A DNA stretch of 64,000 nucleotides from Alphaproteobacteria bacterium (GCA_028868695.1 JAGWTZ010000012.1:1046-65045); one strand, 5' to 3'. Positions 20,852 through 29,561 are shown, counted from the first letter of the stretch. Numbers and translations are program-made. The notes: generated by a model not told the origin, from the letters alone.

Positions 20852-22092
20852 GCGGAACCCGCATCGAGACATTTGGCTGCCGCCTCAACACCTTTGAGAG
20901 CGAGATCATGCGCGGCCATGCCGAGAAGGCGGGCCTCAATGATGCGGTGATCTTCAATACCTGCGCCGTGACGGGCGAGGCGGCGCGCCAGGCGCGGCAA
21001 GCCATCCGCAAGGCGCACCGGGAAAACCCTGCCGCGCAGATCATCGTGACCGGCTGCGCCGCGCAGACAGACCCCGGGATGTTTGCCAGCATGCCAGAAG
21101 TTTCGCGCATTCTGGGCAATGAGGAGAAGCTGCAAGCTTCCGCCTGGCTGGCACAAAGCAACCGTCCGCGCGTGGATGTCTCCGACATCATGCAGGTGAA
21201 GGAAGCGCATGTGCCGATGATTGACCGGCTGACGGCGCGTACGCGGGCCTTCGTGCAGGTTCAGAACGGCTGTGACCATCGCTGCACGTTTTGCATCATT
21301 CCCTTCGGGCGCGGCAATTCACGCTCGGTGTCCATTGCCGATGCGGTGGAACAGGTGCGGCGGCTGGCTGCCGAGGGGCACAATGAAATCGTGCTTTCGG
21401 GCGTTGATCTCACGTCCTGGGGCGCTGATCTTGAGGGTGCGCCGAAGCTGGGGCGGCTGCTATCTGAATTGCTGCGGCGTGTGCCGGAGTTGAAGCGGCT
21501 TCGCCTTTCCTCAATCGACTCCATTGAGGCTGATGACGAGCTGATCGAGGTGATCACTGGCGAGGCGCGGGTGATGCCACATCTGCATCTGTCGCTGCAG
21601 CATGGCGACAACATGATCCTGAAGCGCATGAAGCGCCGCCACAGCCGCGAGCATTCGATTGCCTTCTGTGAGAGCATCCGTGCCAAGCGGCCGGACATGG
21701 TGTTCGGCGCCGACATCATTGCGGGTTTCCCCACCGAAACCGACGGGATGTTTGAGAACAGCCTGCGTATTGTTGACGAATGCGGGTTGACCTTCCTTCA
21801 TGTTTTCCCGTTCTCTCCCCGGCCAGGCACGCCAGCCGCACGCATGCCGGAAGTAGAGAAGGATGTGGTCAAGCGGCGTGCCGCGCTGCTGCGTGCCAAG
21901 GGCGATGAAAGGCTGCGGCAGTTTCTCGCCGCCGAGGTGGGCAAGACCCATGACGTTCTTGTGGAAACGCCTTCCATCGGCCGCACGCCGCATTTTGCCA
22001 TGGCGAAATTTGAAACGGCGATGATGCCAGGGGCCATCATCAAGGCGCGGGTGACGGGTGCATCGCCTTCTCACTTGCAGATGGGTGTGTAA
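20848..22092 (+). CDS. mtaB: tRNA t6A37 methylthiotransferase
   Basis: TFGCRLN, NTCAVT and radical SAM CDHRCTFC motifs; sits in the dapF-mtaB-ftsY order. Confidence 0.92.
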   Translation: MSGTRIETFGCRLNTFESEIMRGHAEKAGLNDAVIFNTCAVTGEAARQARQAIRKAHRENPAAQIIVTGCAAQTDPGMFASMPEVSRILGNEEKLQASAWLAQSNRPRVDVSDIMQVKEAHVPMIDRLTARTRAFVQVQNGCDHRCTFCIIPFGRGNSRSVSIADAVEQVRRLAAEGHNEIVLSGVDLTSWGADLEGAPKLGRLLSELLRRVPELKRLRLSSIDSIEADDELIEVITGEARVMPHLHLSLQHGDNMILKRMKRRHSREHSIAFCESIRAKRPDMVFGADIIAGFPTETDGMFENSLRIVDECGLTFLHVFPFSPRPGTPAARMPEVEKDVVKRRAALLRAKGDERLRQFLAAEVGKTHDVLVETPSIGRTPHFAMAKFETAMMPGAIIKARVTGASPSHLQMGV

Positions 22093-23597
22093 TGGCGGGT
22101 TTTTTCAAAAAGCTGTTCAACCGCATCACTGGCCGGCCCACCGGGGAAGCCGCGCCTGAGGCGGCAGAGCAGGCGGCGCTGCCCGCGCCGGAACTTGAGC
22201 AGGAGACCGCACCGGCACCGGAGCCAGTGGCTGAAGTTGTGGCAGAACCTGCCTCGTCTCTGGCTGAACCAGTGCAGTCAAAAAAGGCCAAGCCTGCTGC
22301 GCCAGGGAAGCCGGAAACAAAGAAACAGCCGGCCAAAAAGCCTGAGGCCCCAAAGCCAGCCGCGAAGAAGGCCGAAGACAAAAAGCCGCAAGCCAAGAAG
22401 GCAGAGGCTCTGAAACCTCAGCCAAAGAAAGCCGAGCCCAAGAAGCTCGAACCTGAGAAGCCGGTCACCACGGCGAAGGCGAAGCCAGCGGCCCCTGCGC
22501 CAAAACCAATTGCAGAAGCACCTTTGCCTGAGGCCCCGCCGCCTCCTCTTCCTGAAACCCCTGTCACTCCTGTTGCTCCCCCACCTGTTGCAGTGGTGTC
22601 AGAGCCTGAGCCGCAGCCTGCACCTCCGTCCGCCAAAGCCATTGCTCCACCAGCCGAGACGACAGAATCGCCACAACGCAGCGGGTGGCTTTCACGGCTG
22701 CGCGAAGGCCTGAGCAAGACTTCCAAATCGGTTGCCGGCAATATCACGGCGATCTTCACCAAGAAGAAGCTGGACAAGGCAACCCTTCAGGATCTCGAGG
22801 ACACTCTGATCCAGGCTGACCTCGGGCTGCCCGTGGCGGAGCGCATCATCGCCGCTGTTTCCCACGGCCGCTATGACAAGGAAATCGACCCCGAGGAAGT
22901 GAAGCAGATTCTCGCCAGCGAGGTGGCGAAGGTTCTCAAGCCGGTGGAAGTGCCTTTCAACTTTGGCGAAGAGAAGCCCTTTGTCATTCTGGTCTGCGGC
23001 GTGAACGGCGCCGGCAAGACCACAACCATCGGCAAGCTGGGTGCGATCGCGGCGCGCGAGGGCTACAAGGTGATGTTCGCGGCCTGTGACACATTCCGTG
23101 CAGCGGCCATTGAGCAACTGACTGTTTGGGGCCAGAGGATTGGCGCCAAGACGATCAGCCGCCCCACGGGTGCCGATTCCGCCGGGCTGGCGTTCGACGC
23201 ACTCAAGGAGGCCCGGGAAAACGGAACTGATATCCTGTTCATCGACACGGCGGGGCGCTTGCAGAACAAGGCCTATCTCATGGACGAGCTCGACAAGCTG
23301 GTGCGGGTGATCAAGAAACTGGATGCAACAGCGCCTCATGCCGTGCTTCTCGTGCTGGACGCAACGACGGGTCAGAACGCATTGGCGCAAGCTGAAATAT
23401 TCACCAAGGTGGCGGGTGTCACAGGCCTCATCATGACCAAGCTGGATGGCACAGCGCGTGGCGGCATTCTGGTGGCCATTGCCGAGAAATACAAACTGCC
23501 GATCCATGCCGTCGGCGTGGGTGAGAGCATCGATGATTTGCAGCCTTTTGACGCCGATGGCTTTGCCCGAGCGATTGCAGGACTTGAAGACGCATGA
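22092..23597 (+). CDS. ftsY: Signal recognition particle receptor FtsY
   Basis: GVNGAGKTTT, DTFRAAA, DTAGRLQ and TKLDGTARGG motifs; low-complexity N-terminus. Confidence 0.96.
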   Translation: MAGFFKKLFNRITGRPTGEAAPEAAEQAALPAPELEQETAPAPEPVAEVVAEPASSLAEPVQSKKAKPAAPGKPETKKQPAKKPEAPKPAAKKAEDKKPQAKKAEALKPQPKKAEPKKLEPEKPVTTAKAKPAAPAPKPIAEAPLPEAPPPPLPETPVTPVAPPPVAVVSEPEPQPAPPSAKAIAPPAETTESPQRSGWLSRLREGLSKTSKSVAGNITAIFTKKKLDKATLQDLEDTLIQADLGLPVAERIIAAVSHGRYDKEIDPEEVKQILASEVAKVLKPVEVPFNFGEEKPFVILVCGVNGAGKTTTIGKLGAIAAREGYKVMFAACDTFRAAAIEQLTVWGQRIGAKTISRPTGADSAGLAFDALKEARENGTDILFIDTAGRLQNKAYLMDELDKLVRVIKKLDATAPHAVLLVLDATTGQNALAQAEIFTKVAGVTGLIMTKLDGTARGGILVAIAEKYKLPIHAVGVGESIDDLQPFDADGFARAIAGLEDA

Positions 23598-24169
23598 GTG
23601 ACCGGAAATTGAGCCAGCCGCAGCGCCTGGCGCTGGACCTTGGACCATTGCTGGCGTTCTTCGCCGCCAACTGGAAGTTTGGCTTGCTGTGGGCCACGGG
23701 CGTCTTGATGATCACCACTTTCATCGCGCTGGCAATCACTTATTGGCTCACGCACAAGGTGGCCCGCTTCACGCTGGCCAGCGCCCTGTTCATTGGACTC
23801 TTTGGCGCGCTGACACTTTATTTCCAGGACCCCTGGTATCTCAAGATGAAGGTGACCTTGATCGAGTTCACCTTCGCGGGCGTGCTGTTTATCGGCATGG
23901 CCTTCAAGCGCCTGTTCATCAAGGACCTGATGGGCGAGGTGATCAATGAGCTGACGGAGGGCGGCGCTGGCCTGCCTGATGCCGCGTGGCGGACATTGAC
24001 GCTCCGCTGGGGCCTGTTCTTTGTGGCGATGGGCGTTCTCAACCTGATCATCTGGCATTTCTTCCCGGATTCGGTGTGGGTGGCGTTCAAGGCCTTTGGC
24101 TTGATGATCTGCTTCATGATTTTCGCGGCGGCGAATGCGCCATTTCTTGCGCGTTACCTGAAAGACTGA
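23594..24169 (+). CDS. ispZ: Inner membrane septation protein IspZ/YciB
   Basis: DLGPLLAFF and WVAFKAFG motifs; follows ftsY. Confidence 0.88.
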   Translation: MSDRKLSQPQRLALDLGPLLAFFAANWKFGLLWATGVLMITTFIALAITYWLTHKVARFTLASALFIGLFGALTLYFQDPWYLKMKVTLIEFTFAGVLFIGMAFKRLFIKDLMGEVINELTEGGAGLPDAAWRTLTLRWGLFFVAMGVLNLIIWHFFPDSVWVAFKAFGLMICFMIFAAANAPFLARYLKD

Positions 24170-24430
24170 ACAGCCAAATATTCATCCGCGCGCTGATCAT
24201 CCGTATACAGTGGAATCAGAATTGCCGCGATGTCAAGACTTGCAAAGATTGAAAAATAGTTTCTAGCTGCATGAGAATTTTATAAGGAAATTTGCGCTTG
24301 CAGCAGGAAGTTTGAATCGCTAGGACTCCATCGCCTTGACGCCGGTTGCGAGATCTGGCGCAAGGCGGAAGTCGGGCGGAAGCGAACTGTTTCCATCGCA
24401 CGAGAAACAGAACTTCACACAGGACGAGCA

Positions 24431-24937
24431 ATGTCGACATCAAAAGAGGCAAAACAATTCGCGCGTTCTTTCTCGCATCTGCTCAAGCGCGCGGTGCAAT
24501 ATTCCGTACATCTTTACATGAATGAAGTTGGCAAGAGCGGTTTGACACACCGCCAGTTCACCGTTCTTTCCGCGGTCGATTCCTTCGAAGGAAAAAGCCA
24601 GACGGAGCTGGTGAAGATCACCGGCATTGACCGTTCAACCCTGGCTGATCTTGTCTCGCGGCTGATGGCGCAAGGCTATCTGCAAAGAAAGCGCAGCAAG
24701 GAAGATCAGCGCGCCAACACTGTGCGGCTGACGCCGGTGGGCAAAAAGATGCTGAAAGCGTCACAAACCGGGGCCGAGGACATCGACCGGCAGCTTCTCT
24801 CGGTTTTCTCGGCGACGGACCGCCGCACGGTGATGGATTGCCTGTCGGCGCTCGCCAGCGAGATGGACAAGATTGATGAAGTGACGGCCGAGGAAGCGGC
24901 GCCCAAGGTCAAGCTGAAGCGCAAACTGGCCGTCTGA
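24431..24937 (+). CDS. MarR family transcriptional regulator
   Basis: LTHRQFTVL, IDRSTLADLVSRL and EDQRANTVRLT winged-helix motifs. Confidence 0.92.
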   Translation: MSTSKEAKQFARSFSHLLKRAVQYSVHLYMNEVGKSGLTHRQFTVLSAVDSFEGKSQTELVKITGIDRSTLADLVSRLMAQGYLQRKRSKEDQRANTVRLTPVGKKMLKASQTGAEDIDRQLLSVFSATDRRTVMDCLSALASEMDKIDEVTAEEAAPKVKLKRKLAV

Positions 24938-24945
24938 CCAAAACG

Positions 24946-25083
24946 TCAGCTTTTCTTTTTTTCAACTTGCTTTGATGATTGCCTGTCGCGCAGCAGTACG
25001 AGCGCGGCTAGGCCTGCGAGGCAAAGGCCCGAAAGCAGGTAAGAGGCCAGCACAAAGCCGGCGTTGTGGGCGTTCCAATCCAT
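24946..25083 (-). CDS. ccmD: Heme exporter protein CcmD (45 aa, absent from the ORF track)
   Basis: Hand translation MDWNAHNAGFVLASYLLSGLCLAGLAALVLLRDRQSSKQVEKKKS: one TM helix plus basic tail, directly after ccmC. Confidence 0.85.
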   Translation of the reverse strand: MDWNAHNAGFVLASYLLSGLCLAGLAALVLLRDRQSSKQVEKKKS

Positions 25084-25806
25084 CTAAGAGGTCCTGATTG
25101 CAGAAAGGCGCGCCTGGCGCAGCTTGCGGCTGGCGATTTCGGTGCGCAGGGCGTGGAGATGCAGCGCCACAAACAGTGATGTGTAGGCCAGCGCCATGAA
25201 AAGCAAGGGCCAAAGCATGGAGCTGTCAATCGCCGGCCCGCCCATTTTGAAAACGCTGGCGGGCTGGTGCAAGGTGTTCCACCATTCCACCGAGAACTTG
25301 ATGATGGGCAGGTTGAGGGCGCCGACCAGCGCCATGATGCGCGCCAGGCTGGCGGCACGGTGCGGGTCATCCAGGCTTTGCCAGATGGCGATGTAGCCAA
25401 GATACAAGAGCATCAGCACGAACATGGAGGTGAGCCTTGCGTCCCACACCCACCAGGTTCCCCACATGGGCTTGCCCCACAAGGAGCCGGTGGCAAGGGC
25501 AAGGAAGCAGAACATGGCCCCCAGGGGGGCGGCCGTCTTGGCGGCGGCATCGGCCAAGGGGTGGCGGAAGATCAGCGCAATGGCGCTGGCAAAGGCCATG
25601 AGGCCATAGGTGAACATCGCCATCCAGGCGGCGGGCACATGCACATACATGATGCGGACAGTCTCGCCTTGCTGATAGTCTGGCGGGCTGGTGACCAGCG
25701 CGCCATAAAGGCCAAAGGCGAAGAGCAGGAGCGTCACCAGCCACACCCAGGGCAGCAGGGCATTGGCCAGTTTCAGGAAAACCGTGGGGTTGGCGAATTT
25801 TTGCAT
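25084..25806 (-). CDS. ccmC: Heme exporter protein CcmC
   Basis: WGKPMWGTWWVWDARLT WWD motif; HVPAAW; TLHQ. Confidence 0.97.
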   Translation of the reverse strand: MQKFANPTVFLKLANALLPWVWLVTLLLFAFGLYGALVTSPPDYQQGETVRIMYVHVPAAWMAMFTYGLMAFASAIALIFRHPLADAAAKTAAPLGAMFCFLALATGSLWGKPMWGTWWVWDARLTSMFVLMLLYLGYIAIWQSLDDPHRAASLARIMALVGALNLPIIKFSVEWWNTLHQPASVFKMGGPAIDSSMLWPLLFMALAYTSLFVALHLHALRTEIASRKLRQARLSAIRTS

Positions 25807-25882
25807 GATTCGTTGCGCCGTTTAGCGGAGCCTTTCTGACGTTTCACATACAATTGCAGGCGGGGCGCTGCAACAAGGCAGG

Positions 25883-26551
25883 TTAGCGCAGATAAATGCG
25901 CAAGGCGGCGGCTGAAGCCAGCGGCGAAACCACCAGCGCCACCAGCGTGATGGCCAGCAGGATGAGCAGTGAAGGGGTTGAGGATTGCGGCCCCATCATC
26001 AGGGTTGTCGCCGACACGCCGAAAATCAGCACCGGCACGTAGAGCGGCAAGATGAGGATTGACACCAGCAGCCCGCCGCGGCGCAGGCCGGCGGTGATGG
26101 CGCCGCCAATGCTGGCGAGAAGCGACAGGGCCAGCGAGCCGGTGATCATCGACAGCCACAGCACCGGCAGGCTCGTCACATCCAGGTTCATCATCAGGCC
26201 GAGCGGCGGGGCGATGAGGGCGAGCGGCAGCGACACGGTGAGCCAATGGGCCACGGCCTTGGCAAGGGTGACGAGCTCAAAGGGCAGGGCGCACATGGTC
26301 ATCAGGTCAAGCGAGCCATCCTCAAGGTCTTGCTGGAACATGCGGTCGGCGGTGAGCAGCACGGCGAGCAGCAGCGACAGCCACATCAGCCCGGCGGCAA
26401 GGCGCGAGAGCAGGGCAAGGTCCGGCCCCACGGACAGCGGCACCAGCACGATCACCGCCAGAAGGAAGCTCAAGGCCGCGCCCAGCCCGCCGCCCTGTTT
26501 GCGGGCCAGCAGGATTTCGCGCGCCAGCAGGGCTTTCAGGGCGGCACTCAT
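25883..26551 (-). CDS. ccmB: Heme exporter protein CcmB
   Basis: FQQDLEDGSLD and LPLYVPVLIFG motifs. Confidence 0.95.
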   Translation of the reverse strand: MSAALKALLAREILLARKQGGGLGAALSFLLAVIVLVPLSVGPDLALLSRLAAGLMWLSLLLAVLLTADRMFQQDLEDGSLDLMTMCALPFELVTLAKAVAHWLTVSLPLALIAPPLGLMMNLDVTSLPVLWLSMITGSLALSLLASIGGAITAGLRRGGLLVSILILPLYVPVLIFGVSATTLMMGPQSSTPSLLILLAITLVALVVSPLASAAALRIYLR

Positions 26552-27174
26552 GCAGCGGCCCCGATGGTGATGGTGCGGGTGCCGGCAAGGCCAAGGCTGG
26601 CGTGGGTGGCGGCGATGATCAGGCCGCCCGCGGCAAGATGGGCCAGCATCTCGCGGCGCAAATCATCCAGTGCCGCGGCATCAAGCCCCACGGTGGGTTC
26701 ATCCAGCAGCCAGATGGGGCGGCGCGCGGCCACAAGGCGCGACAGCGCCAGGCGGCGGCGCTGGCCTTCGGAGAGCAATTGCGCGGGATCATCGGCGAGG
26801 CGCTCAAGGCGGAACGGCTTCAGCGCGCCATCAGCGCTGCCGCCCATCAGGCTGGCCCAGAAGGCGAGGTTCTGCGCCACGGAGAGGGCAGGCTTCACCG
26901 CCTCGAAATGGCCGATGTAGTGGCTGAGCTCGGGGATCTCCTGTCCGGTGCCTGTGAGCTTCAAGGCACCTTCGGCCGGCGTGTTGAGGCCGGCGATGAG
27001 GCGCAACAGCGAAGACTTGCCCGCGCCGTTGGGGCCGCGCAGTTCCACCGCTTCGCCGCCGGAGATGGTGAATTCAAGCTGGCTGAACACGCGGCGGCCG
27101 CCGCGCTCGCAAGCCAGGTTGATGGCTTGCAAGGCGAGGGTGGGCGCAAATCGCGGTGCCGTCACATCAGCCAT
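26548..27174 (-). CDS. ccmA: Heme ABC exporter ATP-binding protein CcmA
   Basis: GPNGAGKS, LSEGQRRR and WLLDEP motifs; upstream of ccmB. Confidence 0.95.
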   Translation of the reverse strand: MADVTAPRFAPTLALQAINLACERGGRRVFSQLEFTISGGEAVELRGPNGAGKSSLLRLIAGLNTPAEGALKLTGTGQEIPELSHYIGHFEAVKPALSVAQNLAFWASLMGGSADGALKPFRLERLADDPAQLLSEGQRRRLALSRLVAARRPIWLLDEPTVGLDAAALDDLRREMLAHLAAGGLIIAATHASLGLAGTRTITIGAAA

Positions 27175-27239
27175 GCCTTCCGCATATCAGGAGCAGCGGC
27201 GGTGGCACAAGCAACAGATTGGCGAGCAAGGCCGCAGCG

Positions 27240-27965
27240 TCAGGCCATGTATTGGCCGCCATTGGCCGAGAGGGTGGAGCCGGTGATGAAGCCGGCATCA
27301 TCGGCGGCGAGGAAGGCCACGCAACGCGCAATCTCTTCGGGCTCGCCCACGCGGCCCACCGGGATCAGCGGCAGAATGCGCTCATTCATCACCTTCTCGG
27401 GCACGGCCTTGACCATGTCGGTGCCGATATAGCCGGGGCAGATGGCATTGACGGTGATGCCCTTGGCGGCACCCTCCTGGGCCAGCGACTTGACGAAGCC
27501 GATCTCGCCGGCCTTGGCGGCGGCGTAGTTCGCCTGGCCCATCTGGCCCTTCTGGCCATTGATCGAGGAGATGCAGATGATGCGGCCGAAGCCGCGGTCA
27601 CGCATGCCGCCCCAGACCGGGCTGGTCATGTTGAACAGCGAATTGAGGTTGGTGTTCAGGACTTCCTGCCATTGCTGCAGCGTCATCTTGTGGAACATGG
27701 CATCGCGGGTGATGCCAGCATTGTTGACGAGGATGTCCACGGCGCCAAGCTCGGCCTCGATGGCCTTCAGCGTGGCGGCGCAGGTTTCAGCGCTGGTGAC
27801 ATCGCATTTGTAGACGTTGATGCCCGTCTCGGCCTTGAAGGCGGCGGCCGCGGCATCATTGCCCGCATAGATGGCGGCCACCTTGCAGCCCTGGGCTTTC
27901 AGCGCCTTGGAAATGGCGGCGCCAATTCCTCTTGATCCTCCGGTGACAACGGCTACGCGGCTCAT
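27240..27965 (-). CDS. phaB: Acetoacetyl-CoA reductase (PHB synthesis)
   Basis: TGGSRGIG, NNAGITRD and NGQKGQMGQANYAAAK motifs. Confidence 0.96.
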   Translation of the reverse strand: MSRVAVVTGGSRGIGAAISKALKAQGCKVAAIYAGNDAAAAAFKAETGINVYKCDVTSAETCAATLKAIEAELGAVDILVNNAGITRDAMFHKMTLQQWQEVLNTNLNSLFNMTSPVWGGMRDRGFGRIICISSINGQKGQMGQANYAAAKAGEIGFVKSLAQEGAAKGITVNAICPGYIGTDMVKAVPEKVMNERILPLIPVGRVGEPEEIARCVAFLAADDAGFITGSTLSANGGQYMA

Positions 27966-28134
27966 GGTGGTCCTCCTCTTTTTTGGTGATCATGCCGCAG
28001 GGATGGGACGGCGGCAACTGGATTGATGCGGAGGGGAATGGCGCAGCTTCAGCTTCGGAGGTTCTATGCCGTTCTGCGCCGTCCGGCCCCGCCATCTTTT
28101 ACCGTCATTCCACCAAAGCACCGCACCCACAGAC

Positions 28135-28259
28135 CGTCATTCCGGCCGCGATTGCAAGGCAATCGTGGCGAAGTCTGCGAGCCGGAATCCCGCTTGGGCT
28201 GGGTGCGGAAGGTGCAGAGCCTGCGGCCTAGCTGGGCCCCTGCCTTCGCAGGGGTGACG
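28135..28259. repeat. Paired CGTC-tagged REP-like palindromes
   Basis: CGTCATTCCGGC...GCCGGAATCC (28135-28190) and an inverted CGTCACCCCTGCGAAGGCAGGGG ending at 28259. Confidence 0.8.
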
Positions 28260-28336
28260 GAGGTGGGTGAGTTGGATTTGGTCATGGTTGTTCCCTTGGT
28301 TGCCCCGTGGCGTGCGGGGCAGAGGAAAGAAGGGAG

Positions 28337-28700
28337 ACGCGTGGGATAATCCGACGCGGGTGCCACTGTGTTTTAAGTGGCCAGAAGTGCGTTGGGTTGC
28401 CCCACGCGCCGGCAGGAATTGAGCATCAGGTGAACTGTCAGTCCGCCCCTATGGGTCTGGGGTGGTGAAGCCCATTCTGGGCTTTGCCACCCGAGGTGAT
28501 CCATCTCACTTCCTACTCGGAGGAAGCCTGATGGGAGACACCAGAGGCCTTGCCATAGCAGCCCGGGTCTTAGTGCCCGAGGAAGTTCAACCTGGCTCCC
28601 GGTGGAGTTGGGATACGTTATCCCTTCCAGCAGGCCTGCCGCCCCCTTGCATCCGGGTTCACCGTCATGAACCGGACCCCAGTGCAAGGGAGCGGAAGGC
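28337..28700 (+). ncRNA. Candidate large structured ncRNA of unknown family
   Basis: At least 10 helices, long-range pairings 28410-16/28635-41 and 28424-30/28527-33, crossing pairing 28431-36/28584-89; most G-U wobbles favour the + strand. Confidence 0.55.
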
Positions 28701-28755
28701 AGCTAGCACATCCTAGGAATAAAAGCAAGTTAATTCTCTGCCCCCGCCCTAGTTC

Positions 28756-28800
28756 CGTCACCCCTACGAAAGCAGGGGCCCCGCTTGGGCAAGGTGCGGA
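28756..28800 (+). repeat. CGTC-tagged REP-like palindrome
   Basis: CGTCACCCCTACGAAAGCAGGGG plus a CCCGCTTGGGC..GTGCGGA tail shared with the 28135 unit. Confidence 0.75.
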
Positions 28801-28890
28801 ACTTGCTCGCGATGTTTCTTGCGCTTGTGGCGCGCCAAGGTTTAGGCACAATCATCCGCAGCTTTCACTGGATTTTGGCAGCGACATATT

Positions 28891-28926
28891 AAAAACCAAA
28901 ATGGTGGCTGGCGTTTCCAGCCACCA
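28891..28926 (-). terminator. Rho-independent terminator after the small HTH gene
   Basis: 10-bp stem TGGTGGCTGG/CCAGCCACCA, T-rich tail on minus strand, 10 nt past the stop. Confidence 0.65.
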
Positions 28927-28935
28927 CCATCTTGC

Positions 28936-29127
28936 TTAGAGCATCGGAGGATATGCGTCTTTGCTTCCTACGTGCCTCCTACCTTTGATGATTTCGCTAA
29001 TCCGGCCTGGATTAACATCAAAGAATGCAGCAATGCGGTGCTGAAATTCTCCAGCACGAAACATCGCCCAAACCTTTATTGCATCGTCAAAAGTGAGCCT
29101 GCGGCTCGGTCGTTTATCCGCAATCAT
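28936..29127 (-). CDS. Small (63 aa) helix-turn-helix-like protein; alternative start 29205
   Basis: LTFDDAIKVWAMFRAGEFQHRIAAFFDVNPGRISEIIKG has an HTH pattern; own terminator; lower GC than neighbours. Confidence 0.6.
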   Translation of the reverse strand: MIADKRPSRRLTFDDAIKVWAMFRAGEFQHRIAAFFDVNPGRISEIIKGRRHVGSKDAYPPML

Positions 29128-29489
29128 GGCGGCATTTCCTTTTGAAATGCCGTTAAGTGGCTTGACATCGTGACCGAACGGACGCAAGAAAAGCGCCGTG
29201 ATCACAAATGGCCGCCCCTTAACGGCGGTTGCTTTCCAAAGCCGATCCGCGTTAGCGCGTGGATCGGCTTATCTTTTGGCGTAATGCCAAACGACCCATC
29301 GGATTTCATTGAGTCTTAACTTCTTGTCAACCCCCATAAGCCGTTGAAATCGAGTCTTTTTAGGAGTGCCGCATAAGTATTTCCTTATGTGGCGGGCCAA
29401 ACATCTCTTCCCGTGACTCTCATCAAACTGCGCACTGTCTGCTTAGCTTTGCAATCCACCCGCCCGCCGAGAGGAATAGACCGAGCCTG

Positions 29490-29561
29490 TCGCCAAGCGG
29501 GATTCCGTGTCGCGCGCAGACCCATCATGACCTTGCCATGACGTACTTGCACGGAATGACG
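29490..29561 (-). repeat. CGTC-tagged REP-like branched palindrome
   Basis: Minus strand CGTCATTCCGTG...CACGGAATCCCGCTTGGC; same tail as the 28135 and 28756 units. Confidence 0.75.

Noticed and set aside
28064-28285. Minus-strand ORF with an RBS-like AAGGGAAC before ATG (MTKSNSPTS...)
   Set aside because: Most of the frame runs through REP palindromes; no protein-like features; could be a relic start but is unsupported
28570-28610. Resemblance of the structured RNA to RNase P (GAGGAAG; CTCCACCGGGAGCCAGG) or a cobalamin riboswitch
   Set aside because: The short matches lie on different strands and the universal P4 elements (GAAAGTCC, AACAGAA..CGGCTTA) and the B12 box are absent
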